A stretch of DNA of 64,000 nt. Origin: Candidatus Latescibacterota bacterium. GTDB lineage: Bacteria > Latescibacterota > UBA2968. The notes below the pieces were generated by a model. The model worked only from the letters and a program-made list of their open reading frames with translations. It did not search any database and was not told the origin of the DNA. The first letter of the stretch is position 1. Each line of letters starts with the position of its first letter. The position numbers and the translations under genes are program-made. The stretch covers positions 5,632,001 through 5,696,000 of the forward strand of contig OZ244960.1 of NCBI GenBank assembly GCA_965222605.1, in the 5' to 3' direction. Below, one piece after another: positions 40,258 through 49,814 of the stretch.

Positions 40258-41286
40258 TCAGAGACCACCGTTCCTCCATTTATTCAGGACATCACTGGCG
40301 ACTTTCATATTGAACTGGTGTCCGCCATCAAATTTGTCGACAAACAACCGATCCGAAGCGCTGGCTGCTCCATATGCCTTCCGCACTCTGACCAAGGCTC
40401 TCTCCGCCCATTCGTGTGGCACCAGTCGATCCTCCAACCCCCATTCAATCACCATATGGCGGGGGGCGATGAGAGAGAAGATCTCCGGAGTATCCCCATA
40501 CTGGAGAAGTCCCGGGATGAGTTGTGCGCCGCACTTCTTCAAAGCCTGATAACGTTCCTGGTACATGCTCAGGCAGCCCGAGGGTACGGCAATCTTGACC
40601 CGTGAATCAAAAGCAGAGATCATCATGGCCATTCGACCTCCGAGCGAAATCCCCGCACAGCCAAGCATCTCACTGTCGACATAATCAAGGGACTGAAGCA
40701 CATCGAGTGCCGCCTGTAGATCGCACAGATGTAGTGCCACAACGGTTGTGCCCATCAGCGTTGCACAAAGGTAGTTGCGCATGCAATAGTCAACCCGGGG
40801 ATTTGGATAATTGGGCCGTCGTTCGCCAAACCCGCGTAGATCGGGCATCAGGGTGACGTAGCCCTGCTGTGCGAATTTCTGGCCGAAGTTGTATCCCTTC
40901 GTAACAATTTCTTCTTTCCGCTCGGGTGAAATGTCGATCCCCGCCACACCATCTTTCCCAAACTGGCTGTGCCCGTGCAGGCAAAGGAAACCCGGAACCT
41001 GATTCTGTACCTCCTTGGGAACGAGCAAATAAGCCGGTACGAACACGTCCAGCTCCGTCTGGTAGCGAATGCGATGGCGTACGTGGTCCCCGCAATCCGT
41101 TTCAGTCAGGAATTCCAGAGAAAGGTCCGACCGTTCCGGGCGAAGGCCCAACAGTTCCACTACTGTTGACCGAAATCGATCCTGCCACCTCTCTAGTTCA
41201 TCGACCGTTGAGCCTTCGAATAGCATCGATGGCTCAAACTGATCCAGCAGTTGCGAAAGGTCATCTTCGAAGATGATGGGTCTCAT
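40258..41286 (-). CDS. alpha/beta hydrolase (dienelactone hydrolase / esterase family)
   Basis: CLHGH, GISLGG nucleophile, FDGGH. Confidence 0.85.
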   Translation of the reverse strand: MRPIIFEDDLSQLLDQFEPSMLFEGSTVDELERWQDRFRSTVVELLGLRPERSDLSLEFLTETDCGDHVRHRIRYQTELDVFVPAYLLVPKEVQNQVPGFLCLHGHSQFGKDGVAGIDISPERKEEIVTKGYNFGQKFAQQGYVTLMPDLRGFGERRPNYPNPRVDYCMRNYLCATLMGTTVVALHLCDLQAALDVLQSLDYVDSEMLGCAGISLGGRMAMMISAFDSRVKIAVPSGCLSMYQERYQALKKCGAQLIPGLLQYGDTPEIFSLIAPRHMVIEWGLEDRLVPHEWAERALVRVRKAYGAASASDRLFVDKFDGGHQFNMKVASDVLNKWRNGGL

Positions 41287-41635
41287 TGTCCAATCTCGGT
41301 TAGGCTCGAATGCGGCTCTCTCTCAATCTGGCAAAGATTTGTTCTGAGCAGCACTCTATTTGGTGAAGCCGCGAGGAGAGAAGTGGTTGGAGATATCCAG
41401 TGATCTAAATGTGCCACTTGTTAGAGTAGTAATTGCTTAAACATCTTCAGTATAAAATTTAATTCAGAAAAGCACAAGCGAATCCAAATCTCTTTGGGAT
41501 TCCCAAACCTTTTGTCGTGAATGTATGCGATTCCCTCTTCTGTCAAGTCCAGTTTTGTATTCCGAACATGTTCGCAGATGCTTCCTGTGGAGGCATCGTT
41601 TCTAATCAAATACCACCGCGTGCGCTTGTGGGCTT

Positions 41636-41662
41636 TCAATCGACAATGGGCAAATGAACCGT
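41636..41662 (-). repeat. copy of the last 9 codons of the Gfo gene (45938-45964)
   Basis: tcaatcgacaatgggcaaatgaaccgt vs ctaatcaacaatgggcaaatgaaccgt; both read TVHLPIVD*. Confidence 0.8.
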
Positions 41663-41665
41663 AGG

Positions 41666-41856
41666 CGGATGCAATTGGCGTGCGTCTGGTTTGCAAGCGC
41701 GGCCTCTTCGCGGAATTGGTCCGGGCTATAGTCCCACCAGGCCTGCTCGATGCGAGCGCCCCAGGATGGTACGATATTGAATCCGCGGAGCCAGGCGTAG
41801 TTCTGGTAGTGATGGAGTCTCACATTTGCTGATTCTGCCATTGCTTCTATCCTTTT
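41666..41856 (-). pseudogene. truncated 5' copy of GH gene 27545-28555
   Basis: MAESANVRLHHYQNYAWLRGFNIVPSWG...ANCIRL then breaks off. Confidence 0.9.
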
Positions 41857-42662
41857 CACAGGCTGTGAACCTGTGCAGCAAGTTCATCGATAAGTCTCAT
41901 GATTTCTTCATACTGCACAGTCAGGACATTTTCCGCTTGCGGGGGGTACAGAATAGCCCTGATCCGTTCAGCAAAATCTATGGGCTGAATGGCAAATTGT
42001 TCGACATAGTGCAGATTGTTCCCATCTCCCACATAGTAGGTCTCGTTGATAGCGAAGAGCACTTGCATTATATCATGCACCAGTCGTGCGGAAATGCCGG
42101 CGAGGAAGACCACATCGCCCCGCGCCAATTTGTTCCGGTAATGATAGTCAGATCGCCAGTAATTAAGCGATTCCATGTGCTTTTCAATGATCGCCTGCTG
42201 CAAAGCCAGAGGGTATGGGGTTAACCGCGCCTGCCATCCAGCAATAAGTCCGGATGGATCATCAATGACCATCTGATTGGCCAGGTCTGTCAGCAGATGA
42301 TACCCCCACAAGGTCCACACTCTTTCCTCCGGCAGCACTCGTCCACTTAACCAGTCATCCAGTTGCGTCTCGATCTGATCGACCGTGCGAATCCAGCAAT
42401 TGTCGATATCGACGCCTTGTATGCGCCACCTATCGACAATTTGAGCAAAGACCTTCCACTCTCCAGTCTCCCGAAACCCTGGCGCACCAACTATCTCATC
42501 GCAAAACATGCGGAAATCGACATCTGACCGGTTGTCAAATATACCCTTGCCGTGTGACCCCCCCAGGGTCACTGCGCAACGCCCCTTCGCCAGTGCTTTC
42601 AACGGCTGCACACATTCATCTATCACGGCTTGAACGCATGGATGTATTTGATTTTGCCGCAT
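41856..42662 (-). CDS. nucleotidyltransferase-like / DUF4037 protein
   Basis: GGSHGKGIFDNRSDVDF (GS..DxD). Confidence 0.75.
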   Translation of the reverse strand: MRQNQIHPCVQAVIDECVQPLKALAKGRCAVTLGGSHGKGIFDNRSDVDFRMFCDEIVGAPGFRETGEWKVFAQIVDRWRIQGVDIDNCWIRTVDQIETQLDDWLSGRVLPEERVWTLWGYHLLTDLANQMVIDDPSGLIAGWQARLTPYPLALQQAIIEKHMESLNYWRSDYHYRNKLARGDVVFLAGISARLVHDIMQVLFAINETYYVGDGNNLHYVEQFAIQPIDFAERIRAILYPPQAENVLTVQYEEIMRLIDELAAQVHSL

Positions 42663-42674
42663 ATTTGTAGTCTT

Positions 42675-42764
42675 TTATACCAGTGCATCTTTGGCTTTGC
42701 GAGGCAGTTCGACGCGGATGAAATAAGATTCGGGATATAAGTAGTCTTCCCTTGATTCATCAAT
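42675..42764 (-). pseudogene. orphan C-terminal fragment of a small conserved protein
   Basis: translates IDESREDYLYPESYFIRVELPRKAKDALV*; no start. Confidence 0.5.
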
Positions 42765-42795
42765 TTCTCAAGATATAATAGTTCGAACACTTTTT

Positions 42796-44157
42796 TTAAT
42801 TTCGGCTAAAGCGTCTTTTTTTAAAACACAAGTTTTTGACCCGGTTTCCTGTTAGCCTGAACCCTGTAACTTGTCCCGTATCGTCTCGCGAAAAATAAAC
42901 TTCTGGGAAAAACCACGCCTCTCCGACGAAATGGCCGTCGGCATAGGTTAGCGATATGTCGTCATGCCGTCTGTGTTGCGCCACAAGCCTGTTCCCTCGC
43001 ACACCAATGGTATAGGTCGTATCGAGTTCTTCGGTGTAATAATCGCCTTCGAATTCTGACAATAGTTCTGGTGATAGGGGTTCAGTCTCGGTGCGTTCAA
43101 GGGGTTGGGTATCCGGCTCGGGTGCTTCGGGAGCAAGGACATCAGCGAGATAGAGATCAGCGATCTTTCTCGCCAAATTAAGCGGACTAAAGGTGTCCAG
43201 ATTGCACAATATGACAACGCCAAATTTCTGAGCCGGAAAACGTATGAGATGGCTGCGAAATCCCCTCCATGATCCGCCGTGTCCGACCGTTTTCAGTACT
43301 CTGTACTCGCCGATGTCCAATCCGAAGGCGTAGCTGATCTGTTCCCCATTATTGAGAACCCCCTGCTGATGCATCTGCTCAACCACTACCTGTCCGCCTA
43401 TCCGTGCATCGTCAAAGTTCAGAATCCACTTTGCCAGATCTTCTACTGTTGAATAGAGAGAACTCGAACCGAGAGCGGTTAAATTGTTCACGGCATTCTT
43501 GAATCCATTATCTTTCACGGACAAATAGGAATACGCCCGGTTCTTCACAATCATCTCGTGGTCATCGTGAAAGTGGGTGTTGGTCATGGCGAGGGGCTTG
43601 AAGATGTTGGCGTCCGTCCATTCTCGAAATGAATCTCCCGTTATTTTTTCAACGATTTCTGCCAGCAGATTATACCCCGTATTTGAGTACAAAAATGCTG
43701 TCCCAGGCTCGAAATTGAGTTCTTTCTGACGCCTTACCATTTTCAAAATATGCTTAAACGAAATTACGTCATCCATCTCTCCGCCCGCGATGACAAGTGC
43801 CTGTACCCAATCCCGCAATCCACTCGTGTGATGTACCAAATGTCGAATCGTTATTTTTTTTTCAAAATCCGGGACATCGGGCAAGTGCATCCGAATGTCG
43901 TCATCCAGCGAGAGTTTCCCTTCATGCAACAACGTGGCGATGGCAAAGCCCGCAAATTGCTTGGAGACCGAAGCAATGTCGAAGATGGTTGTCGGCGCAA
44001 TCGGGATGTCGTATTCCAGATTCGCCATACCGTATCCGCGTTTGTAGATAATTTCACCGTCTCTGATAACCGACAGGGCCGCGCCAGGGGAATCTGGCCT
44101 GTTCCATTCCGCGAATACTTGATCGACTTTTTCCTCAAGTGACTCGTGATTTGTCAT
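42796..44157 (-). CDS. serine hydrolase, beta-lactamase (AmpC-like) family
   Basis: ASVSKQF (SxxK), YSN, HGG. Confidence 0.9.
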   Translation of the reverse strand: MTNHESLEEKVDQVFAEWNRPDSPGAALSVIRDGEIIYKRGYGMANLEYDIPIAPTTIFDIASVSKQFAGFAIATLLHEGKLSLDDDIRMHLPDVPDFEKKITIRHLVHHTSGLRDWVQALVIAGGEMDDVISFKHILKMVRRQKELNFEPGTAFLYSNTGYNLLAEIVEKITGDSFREWTDANIFKPLAMTNTHFHDDHEMIVKNRAYSYLSVKDNGFKNAVNNLTALGSSSLYSTVEDLAKWILNFDDARIGGQVVVEQMHQQGVLNNGEQISYAFGLDIGEYRVLKTVGHGGSWRGFRSHLIRFPAQKFGVVILCNLDTFSPLNLARKIADLYLADVLAPEAPEPDTQPLERTETEPLSPELLSEFEGDYYTEELDTTYTIGVRGNRLVAQHRRHDDISLTYADGHFVGEAWFFPEVYFSRDDTGQVTGFRLTGNRVKNLCFKKRRFSRN

Positions 44158-44183
44158 TGGTCACATCCTCTTGGCGCTCTTAC

Positions 44184-44392
44184 TTAGATCATGCCCGTCA
44201 CTTGCATCGCGACTCTGGCAATCTCAGAGAGTGCGCATTCGCCGGTGACGCGATCGCCGAGTTTCAGGCTGTAGAGGGCAATCACCATCGTCCCGACAGG
44301 GGATTCGACGAAGCCGACATCATTGATTACACTCCGATTTGAGCCGGTTTTGGAACCCCAGCGATAGGTCCTGGAGGTCGGCACATATCGGC
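44184..44392 (-). pseudogene. orphan 3' end of class A beta-lactamase-like gene (copy of 45110-45318)
   Basis: ~210-bp colinear copy encoding RWGSKTGSN...MQVTGMI*. Confidence 0.92.
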
Positions 44393-44656
44393 CTAACTCG
44401 CAACTGATTTCCCTCGTATGTACTCAATTAAACGGACATTCACTAGAGTTTCAATCGATACGCCTTGTGCTTGGGCACTCTGCCAGAGTTCTTCTGCTAT
44501 TTCAGGTAGTATCGCAACGCGAACTGCTCGCTTGTGTGGCGTATCAAAGCGAAACCATTCCCCATCATCTTCCATAAAATCAGCCGTATCCAGTTTATCC
44601 CAAAATGTAGCTTCCTCTTCATAACTCTCGAATTTTGGGACTTGTAACTCTTTCAT
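44393..44656 (-). CDS. antitoxin (BrnA/CopG-like)
   Basis: PKFESYEEEATFWD motif; overlaps toxin stop. Confidence 0.8.
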   Translation of the reverse strand: MKELQVPKFESYEEEATFWDKLDTADFMEDDGEWFRFDTPHKRAVRVAILPEIAEELWQSAQAQGVSIETLVNVRLIEYIRGKSVAS

Positions 44657-44925
44657 TTTCTCAGCCTCCTGAAGTTTTGTTTTTCACGGTCGGTCATATC
44701 TCGAGCGGTAATGGATTTATAAACTGTACCGCTAAGATGTTCCAAGACGACAAATAGATACCGCCCATCCGCTGTCTGTCCATAAAGCCGATACCGGTTA
44801 CGTCCTTGACGACGAGCTAAATGTAATGGATCCCCACAAACTTCCCAGACTTCATCTGGTTCCACATTGTGTTGAGCAATATGTTCAATGCGATAGTCAT
44901 CCCAATCCAATCTGCTGATAAACAT
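44653..44925 (-). CDS. BrnT-family toxin
   Basis: WD..HIAQHNV..GQTADGRYLFVV..ITARDM. Confidence 0.82.
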   Translation of the reverse strand: MFISRLDWDDYRIEHIAQHNVEPDEVWEVCGDPLHLARRQGRNRYRLYGQTADGRYLFVVLEHLSGTVYKSITARDMTDREKQNFRRLRK

Positions 44926-44984
44926 GTTTCTCCCGAGTTGTTTTTTATTTTTATTATGAAACTGTTAGTCCTATTTGAGATTAT

Positions 44985-45074
44985 ACCCATGATTAGATGC
45001 ACCGGGATACGGGTACCTTTAATACAGACTTGTCCGTGACAAACTCTGGGATCAATGGCAATACGTTCCTGCAT
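44985..45074 (-). pseudogene. DUF433 fragment
   Basis: MQERIAIDPRVCHGQVCIKGTRIPV then loses similarity. Confidence 0.65.
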
Positions 45075-45109
45075 TTTTTATCTCCATTAAAAGGACTTTC
45101 ACTTCTTAC

Positions 45110-45901
45110 CTATATCATGCCCGTCACTTGCATCGCGGCCCTTGCAATCTCGGAGAGCGCGCATTCGCCGGTGACGCGATCGCCGAGTTCCCGGCTGTAG
45201 AGCGCAATCACCATTGTCCCGACAGGGGATTCGACGAAGCCGACATCATTGATTACACCCCGATTCGAGCCGGTTTTGGAACCCCAGCGATAGGTCTTGG
45301 AGGTCGGCACATATCGGCCGATGCGGCGACCATTCTGTTGCAGGGTCAAGGTGGTGAGCATGGCCTGACAGGCTGCGGGGGATGCGGCCTGATCGTCGAG
45401 GATTGTCTTGACGACGGCAGTGTAGTCATTGGGTGTAGCCCAATTTTCCTGTTCCCCTTCAACCGCGAGGCGCCCGCGCATGGGACGTCCGAGAGAGGAG
45501 GCGGTCATACCGAGTTCTCGCATTGTCGCGTTGATGCGATCCATTCCGGCCACTTCAATCAATATGTTGGTGGCGGTGTTGTCGCTGATGGACATCATCA
45601 AGTAGAGGAGATCTCCAAACGACAGTTGCAGCCCGGTATGCATGTGTCGCAGCACACCACTGCCGGGGGATTTATCTTTAGAGCGGATGATATATGTGTC
45701 GTCGAGCGCGAGTGTGCCGCGATCAATAGCTCTGTAGATCTCGATCATGATCGGGATTTTAACTGTGCTGGCCGCCGGAAACTGATGATCACCCCGTGAG
45801 GCCCAATTCTCCCCCCGAGGCGAAATCACACTGACGCCGATCGTGCCGTGCGATTCGTACGTTTTAACCGCTTGTTCTATCCTACTCCAGTCTGTGGTCA
45901 T
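45110..45901 (-). CDS. class A beta-lactamase-like serine hydrolase
   Basis: AASTVK (SxxK), SDN, KTG; no signal peptide. Confidence 0.88.
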   Translation of the reverse strand: MTTDWSRIEQAVKTYESHGTIGVSVISPRGENWASRGDHQFPAASTVKIPIMIEIYRAIDRGTLALDDTYIIRSKDKSPGSGVLRHMHTGLQLSFGDLLYLMMSISDNTATNILIEVAGMDRINATMRELGMTASSLGRPMRGRLAVEGEQENWATPNDYTAVVKTILDDQAASPAACQAMLTTLTLQQNGRRIGRYVPTSKTYRWGSKTGSNRGVINDVGFVESPVGTMVIALYSRELGDRVTGECALSEIARAAMQVTGMI

Positions 45902-45937
45902 GGTGACGCTCCTGGTAATATCCAGGTCAAGCGGCCT

Positions 45938-46987
45938 CTAATCAACAATGGGCAAATGAACCGTTGCGCCGCGTTCGACAGAGCGGAATACTGCTTCGGT
46001 GAATTCCATGTATTTCACGCCTTGATAGAAGGTTGATTCGGCGGGTTTGCCGGTTTTGATCATGTCGATAAAATCCGCCTCAACCGTCCATTCGCGTCTG
46101 TCGGATGCGGGGACATCCAATTCCTTCAATGCGCTATCACCGGACTTGGCGCCCAATATCCGCTGCTCGTCCAAAACGGGGGAGGTTTCGTAAACAAGTG
46201 TGCCGTCCGTACCGTAAATTTCAATGCATTCACTCGGTGCGTGATGCGCGGTGCCAGAAAAGAGATGGACCGCAGTTGCACCGCTTTCCATTTGCGCCAA
46301 AATATTCACCGTGTCCGGACGATCAACTGGTCCCATGCCATCCTCTGTGAAACGCTCGGTGACATAGGCCTCTGCATGTGCGGATACGGATTTTGTATAA
46401 CCACACCAGCGATGTACAAATTCCACAAGCATGCCCACACTCATGGTATTTAAGCCGGAAAAATGACCCATTTGCCGCCAGTGTAGCGGCGTATCGGGAT
46501 CAATGCCCCCAGGCGTCATTGAGCGCACGATGATATTGCGAATATCGCCAACATATCCCTCGGCGATCAGCCGCTGCATAAACCAGTCGCCTTTTAATGC
46601 GTGAGGTGGCTGGCATATCTGGTGCGCGAGTTCTGATTCCATTGCTGCGGCATACATGGCCTTTGCTTCGCGCAAATTCATTGCCATGCGCGCCTGTACG
46701 AACGCATGCTTGCCCGCATTGAGGGATTTGATTACAAACTCGCAGTGTTTATACGGCCATGTACCAATCATCACGGCATCGATGTCATCTCGCGCAATGA
46801 GCGCGTAGGGATCGGTCATCAGGTCGGGACGCAACCCAAATTCAGCCGCGATTTTGCCGCCACTCGCTTCACTGCGGTTGCAAATTGCCACGACCTCGGC
46901 ATCGTCAATTTGAGCCAGGCCCGGAAAGTGGCGGGTGCGAAAAATACCGCCCGCACCAATAATACCAATGCGAATTTTATTTGCCAT
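45938..46987 (-). CDS. Gfo/Idh/MocA oxidoreductase
   Basis: IGIIGAGG; close paralogue of 25182-26219. Confidence 0.88.
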   Translation of the reverse strand: MANKIRIGIIGAGGIFRTRHFPGLAQIDDAEVVAICNRSEASGGKIAAEFGLRPDLMTDPYALIARDDIDAVMIGTWPYKHCEFVIKSLNAGKHAFVQARMAMNLREAKAMYAAAMESELAHQICQPPHALKGDWFMQRLIAEGYVGDIRNIIVRSMTPGGIDPDTPLHWRQMGHFSGLNTMSVGMLVEFVHRWCGYTKSVSAHAEAYVTERFTEDGMGPVDRPDTVNILAQMESGATAVHLFSGTAHHAPSECIEIYGTDGTLVYETSPVLDEQRILGAKSGDSALKELDVPASDRREWTVEADFIDMIKTGKPAESTFYQGVKYMEFTEAVFRSVERGATVHLPIVD

Positions 46988-47000
46988 TACAACCTCCATT

Positions 47001-47996
47001 TTACGGCATGGTCAAATCGTCATAGCTCGATAGGTGATACTCATATCCCAGATAATCCAGCAAATTGCACAGTGCGCGGAATGCCACGCCAAAACCATCA
47101 ACGCCGCTAAAGCCGCCAAATTGTCCACCGCCTTTTACGTGCGGTTCCAAATCGATAAATACACCCGGCACGCCCTGTTCCTGAAACTGGCGTTGCAGGT
47201 GCGGCACGAGTGTCTTAAAATCTCGCAGGACCATTTCATGTCCGGCATCGCCTTGATCGACGGGAATAAACCGCGTTAACCCTCGCTTTGTTGCGCGATC
47301 CAACATTGGCTGATTGGCCGGCGCGTTAAATCCTTTGATGTGAATCCATCCCAATCCGGGCTTTGTTTTGACGTACTCGGCAAAGACGCTGTCCGGGCTA
47401 TGTCCCATGCTTTCCATATTGCCCACATCCATGATGATGCAGGTGTTGGGATTGTCGATCTTTTCGTGCAATGCGATCAGTGTTTCGCCATCTCCACCGA
47501 CTAAATGTGATTCGACTTCAGAGCCGTAGATCAGGCCTTCTTTTGCACACACAGCCACAATCTCTGAGAGCTGATCTGCCGCTTGATTCAGATGTGCCCA
47601 GGGATCGGTCCCATGCGGATGGTAATAGCTAAAACCGCGAATGAGCTTTGTGTCAAACGCATGGGCAAGCTCGATGGCGCGTTTGACATCTGTCTCCAAA
47701 TATTCCTTAAACGGCACATAGCGATTGTCTGTACCGTCATCCACGTCCAGCAATTTCACTTTTCCAAGCGGTGAGCCAATGCTCGATACCGAAATGCCAA
47801 ATTCACCGTGCAATTTTTGGAGTTGTACAATCTCCTGCGCGGTCAATTCCATTGCGTTCTTTATCCCATTGCCCACGTCGATAAACCGAATTGTGTAATA
47901 AGACAAGCCGAGCGCGCGCATCATGGTAAATTGCTCTTCGGCACGCTTGCTCACCGGTCCCTCGTCGGCAAAACCCGATAAAATCACCTCTGCCAC
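47001..47996 (-). CDS. sugar phosphate isomerase/epimerase
   Basis: SGFADE, IGSPLGK, WIHIK, LEPH. Confidence 0.8.
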   Translation of the reverse strand: MAEVILSGFADEGPVSKRAEEQFTMMRALGLSYYTIRFIDVGNGIKNAMELTAQEIVQLQKLHGEFGISVSSIGSPLGKVKLLDVDDGTDNRYVPFKEYLETDVKRAIELAHAFDTKLIRGFSYYHPHGTDPWAHLNQAADQLSEIVAVCAKEGLIYGSEVESHLVGGDGETLIALHEKIDNPNTCIIMDVGNMESMGHSPDSVFAEYVKTKPGLGWIHIKGFNAPANQPMLDRATKRGLTRFIPVDQGDAGHEMVLRDFKTLVPHLQRQFQEQGVPGVFIDLEPHVKGGGQFGGFSGVDGFGVAFRALCNLLDYLGYEYHLSSYDDLTMP

Positions 47997-48010
47997 AATA
48001 ATACTCCTTT

Positions 48011-48472
48011 CTATGAATCAGGCCAGGTCACCGGAATCAACCGCAGTGTGCCAGTACCCTGATCGCAACCTGGCGTAATCTCAATTGAATGACTCGTCCT
48101 GTAATCCGCGCCCTCCGCCAATACAACAGTTGTTGAAAAAGTACACGACCCTCCGGGGGCTATTTCAGCGGGTGTACACACTTCTTCGCCCATCCCCAAC
48201 GGGGTGCCGTTTTCACCCAACACACGCACGCGTACCTTAAGGCCCGTGAGGTCCAAACCCGATTGACTGTCAATCGTGCCCTCAGTGTAGATAATATTCA
48301 AGCTTGTAGGCGAACCGGTATCGCCCGCAGGCGTATTACTAGTTTCACCCCTGATGGAGGTCAAGCCTAAAACGGTTAAATCCTCGGGTATAAAAATACG
48401 CGACCCGGCAGAGTCGTCTTTAGAACACCCGAAAAGAAAAAAGACAGACAAAAACCCAATGATGTATTTCAT
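48011..48472 (-). CDS. putative lipoprotein
   Basis: MKYIIGFLSVFFLFGC lipobox. Confidence 0.7.
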   Translation of the reverse strand: MKYIIGFLSVFFLFGCSKDDSAGSRIFIPEDLTVLGLTSIRGETSNTPAGDTGSPTSLNIIYTEGTIDSQSGLDLTGLKVRVRVLGENGTPLGMGEEVCTPAEIAPGGSCTFSTTVVLAEGADYRTSHSIEITPGCDQGTGTLRLIPVTWPDS

Positions 48473-48514
48473 CTCAATATCCTTTTTTTTCTGATACGGC
48501 GCGTTTGACGCAAC

Positions 48515-48543
48515 AATATACACGCCAAAACCGTATCGGGCAA
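48515..48543 (-). promoter_or_regulatory. putative sigma70 promoter
   Basis: TTGCCC-17nt-TATATT on minus strand. Confidence 0.45.
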
Positions 48544-48580
48544 GGGGCTATCAGTTGTCGGTTGGCTGGTACGGTCGGGT

Positions 48581-48967
48581 TTAAAACCCGCCTCTACTTT
48601 CCTCAAAATCAAATGTCACCACATTCTGCACATCCGATAAACTCGAACGCGGGGTAAATGCGAGGGTCAATGCAATTTCCTGCACCTGTCCCGCGTCAAA
48701 TCTGGAAAATCGATGGGTTGCGCGAGCTATTTCTTCGCTGTCAGCAGTCCGCAATTTCCAGGTCATGATAAACGGACTGATAATCGGCACCGGTCCCGTA
48801 TTGATGACATCGGCAGAGATATTGACTCCCACAATATCACCCGCCGCATTGTGGGTTGGCTCGCGGTGTACGTTGGCAATGGACATAAAATCCGAAAGTA
48901 TCTCGTTTTCAGGCGATATGGGAACACCGCCACAGCCGAGCAAAAGGCATACGATTAGCCATCTCAT
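48581..48967 (-). CDS. putative lipoprotein
   Basis: MRWLIVCLLLGC lipobox. Confidence 0.65.
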   Translation of the reverse strand: MRWLIVCLLLGCGGVPISPENEILSDFMSIANVHREPTHNAAGDIVGVNISADVINTGPVPIISPFIMTWKLRTADSEEIARATHRFSRFDAGQVQEIALTLAFTPRSSLSDVQNVVTFDFEESRGGF

Positions 48968-48974
48968 GGATTAT

Positions 48975-49754
48975 TTACTTTCCAAAATACGCTATGCCCA
49001 CCAGGCCGATGAGCCAGCAATAATAGGCAAATTGTGCAAAATGCCCGCCACTGAGCAAGCCCAGGAGCCATCGGATAGCAAATACGCCGGATATATAAGC
49101 CACAACAGCACCAATCAGCAGAGGCCATAGCGCGTTCATTTGCGGCGGATGGGCGAGCAAATCGCCAGCTTCTAATGCGGTTGCGCCCAAAATAATGGGG
49201 ATGGATAATAAAAAAGAAAATGTTGCGGCTTCGCGGCCATCTAACCCGCGCCACAGGCCCAGGCCAATGGTTGAACCCGATCTGGAAATTCCCGGTAATA
49301 CGGCGAGTGCCTGTGCAAAGCCGATTAAAATGGCGTCTAAAAATGTAATTTTTACGCGGTCGCCGCGCGCAAACCGCGTGCTCCACAAAATACAACCGGT
49401 CGCGATCAAGAATCCGCACACTGCGACTGGACTGGCAAAAGCCGCTTTGAGCATGTCTTTGAACAAAATCCCCACGACGCCAGCGGGAATGGAGCCGACC
49501 ATTAACAGACAGATTGTGTGCCAGGATGCGCCATCGCGCTGCAAACATCCGGCGATCAAATGGGTGATACGTGCTCGCAATGCGGTCACTACGGCCAGCA
49601 ATGTTCCAAAGTGTACGATTACTTCAAAGGTGACATTACCGGTTTGAATACCCCAGGCCGCTTGTCCCAAAGCGAGATGGCCCGAACTGCTCACGGGCAA
49701 AAATTCGGTCAGCCCTTGCAACAATCCCAAGAGCATGGCTTCATAAGGTGCCAA
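48975..49754 (-). CDS. uppP: undecaprenyl-diphosphate phosphatase
   Basis: QGLTEFLPVSSSGH, PGISRSGST. Confidence 0.95.
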   Translation of the reverse strand: MAPYEAMLLGLLQGLTEFLPVSSSGHLALGQAAWGIQTGNVTFEVIVHFGTLLAVVTALRARITHLIAGCLQRDGASWHTICLLMVGSIPAGVVGILFKDMLKAAFASPVAVCGFLIATGCILWSTRFARGDRVKITFLDAILIGFAQALAVLPGISRSGSTIGLGLWRGLDGREAATFSFLLSIPIILGATALEAGDLLAHPPQMNALWPLLIGAVVAYISGVFAIRWLLGLLSGGHFAQFAYYCWLIGLVGIAYFGK

Positions 49755-49814
49755 GAGGTCTCCTTAAGTGAGACGTGAGAGGAGGTAGGGTACTTACCTC
49801 TTACGTTTTACGTC

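Noticed and set aside
41300-41600. Possible gene remnant (ORF 41421-41696)
   Set aside because: No family recognisable; the ORF begins within the GH repeat.
42796-45901. Calling the two beta-lactamase-fold genes antibiotic resistance genes
   Set aside because: Both lack signal peptides and look like generic serine hydrolases; resistance cannot be supported from sequence.
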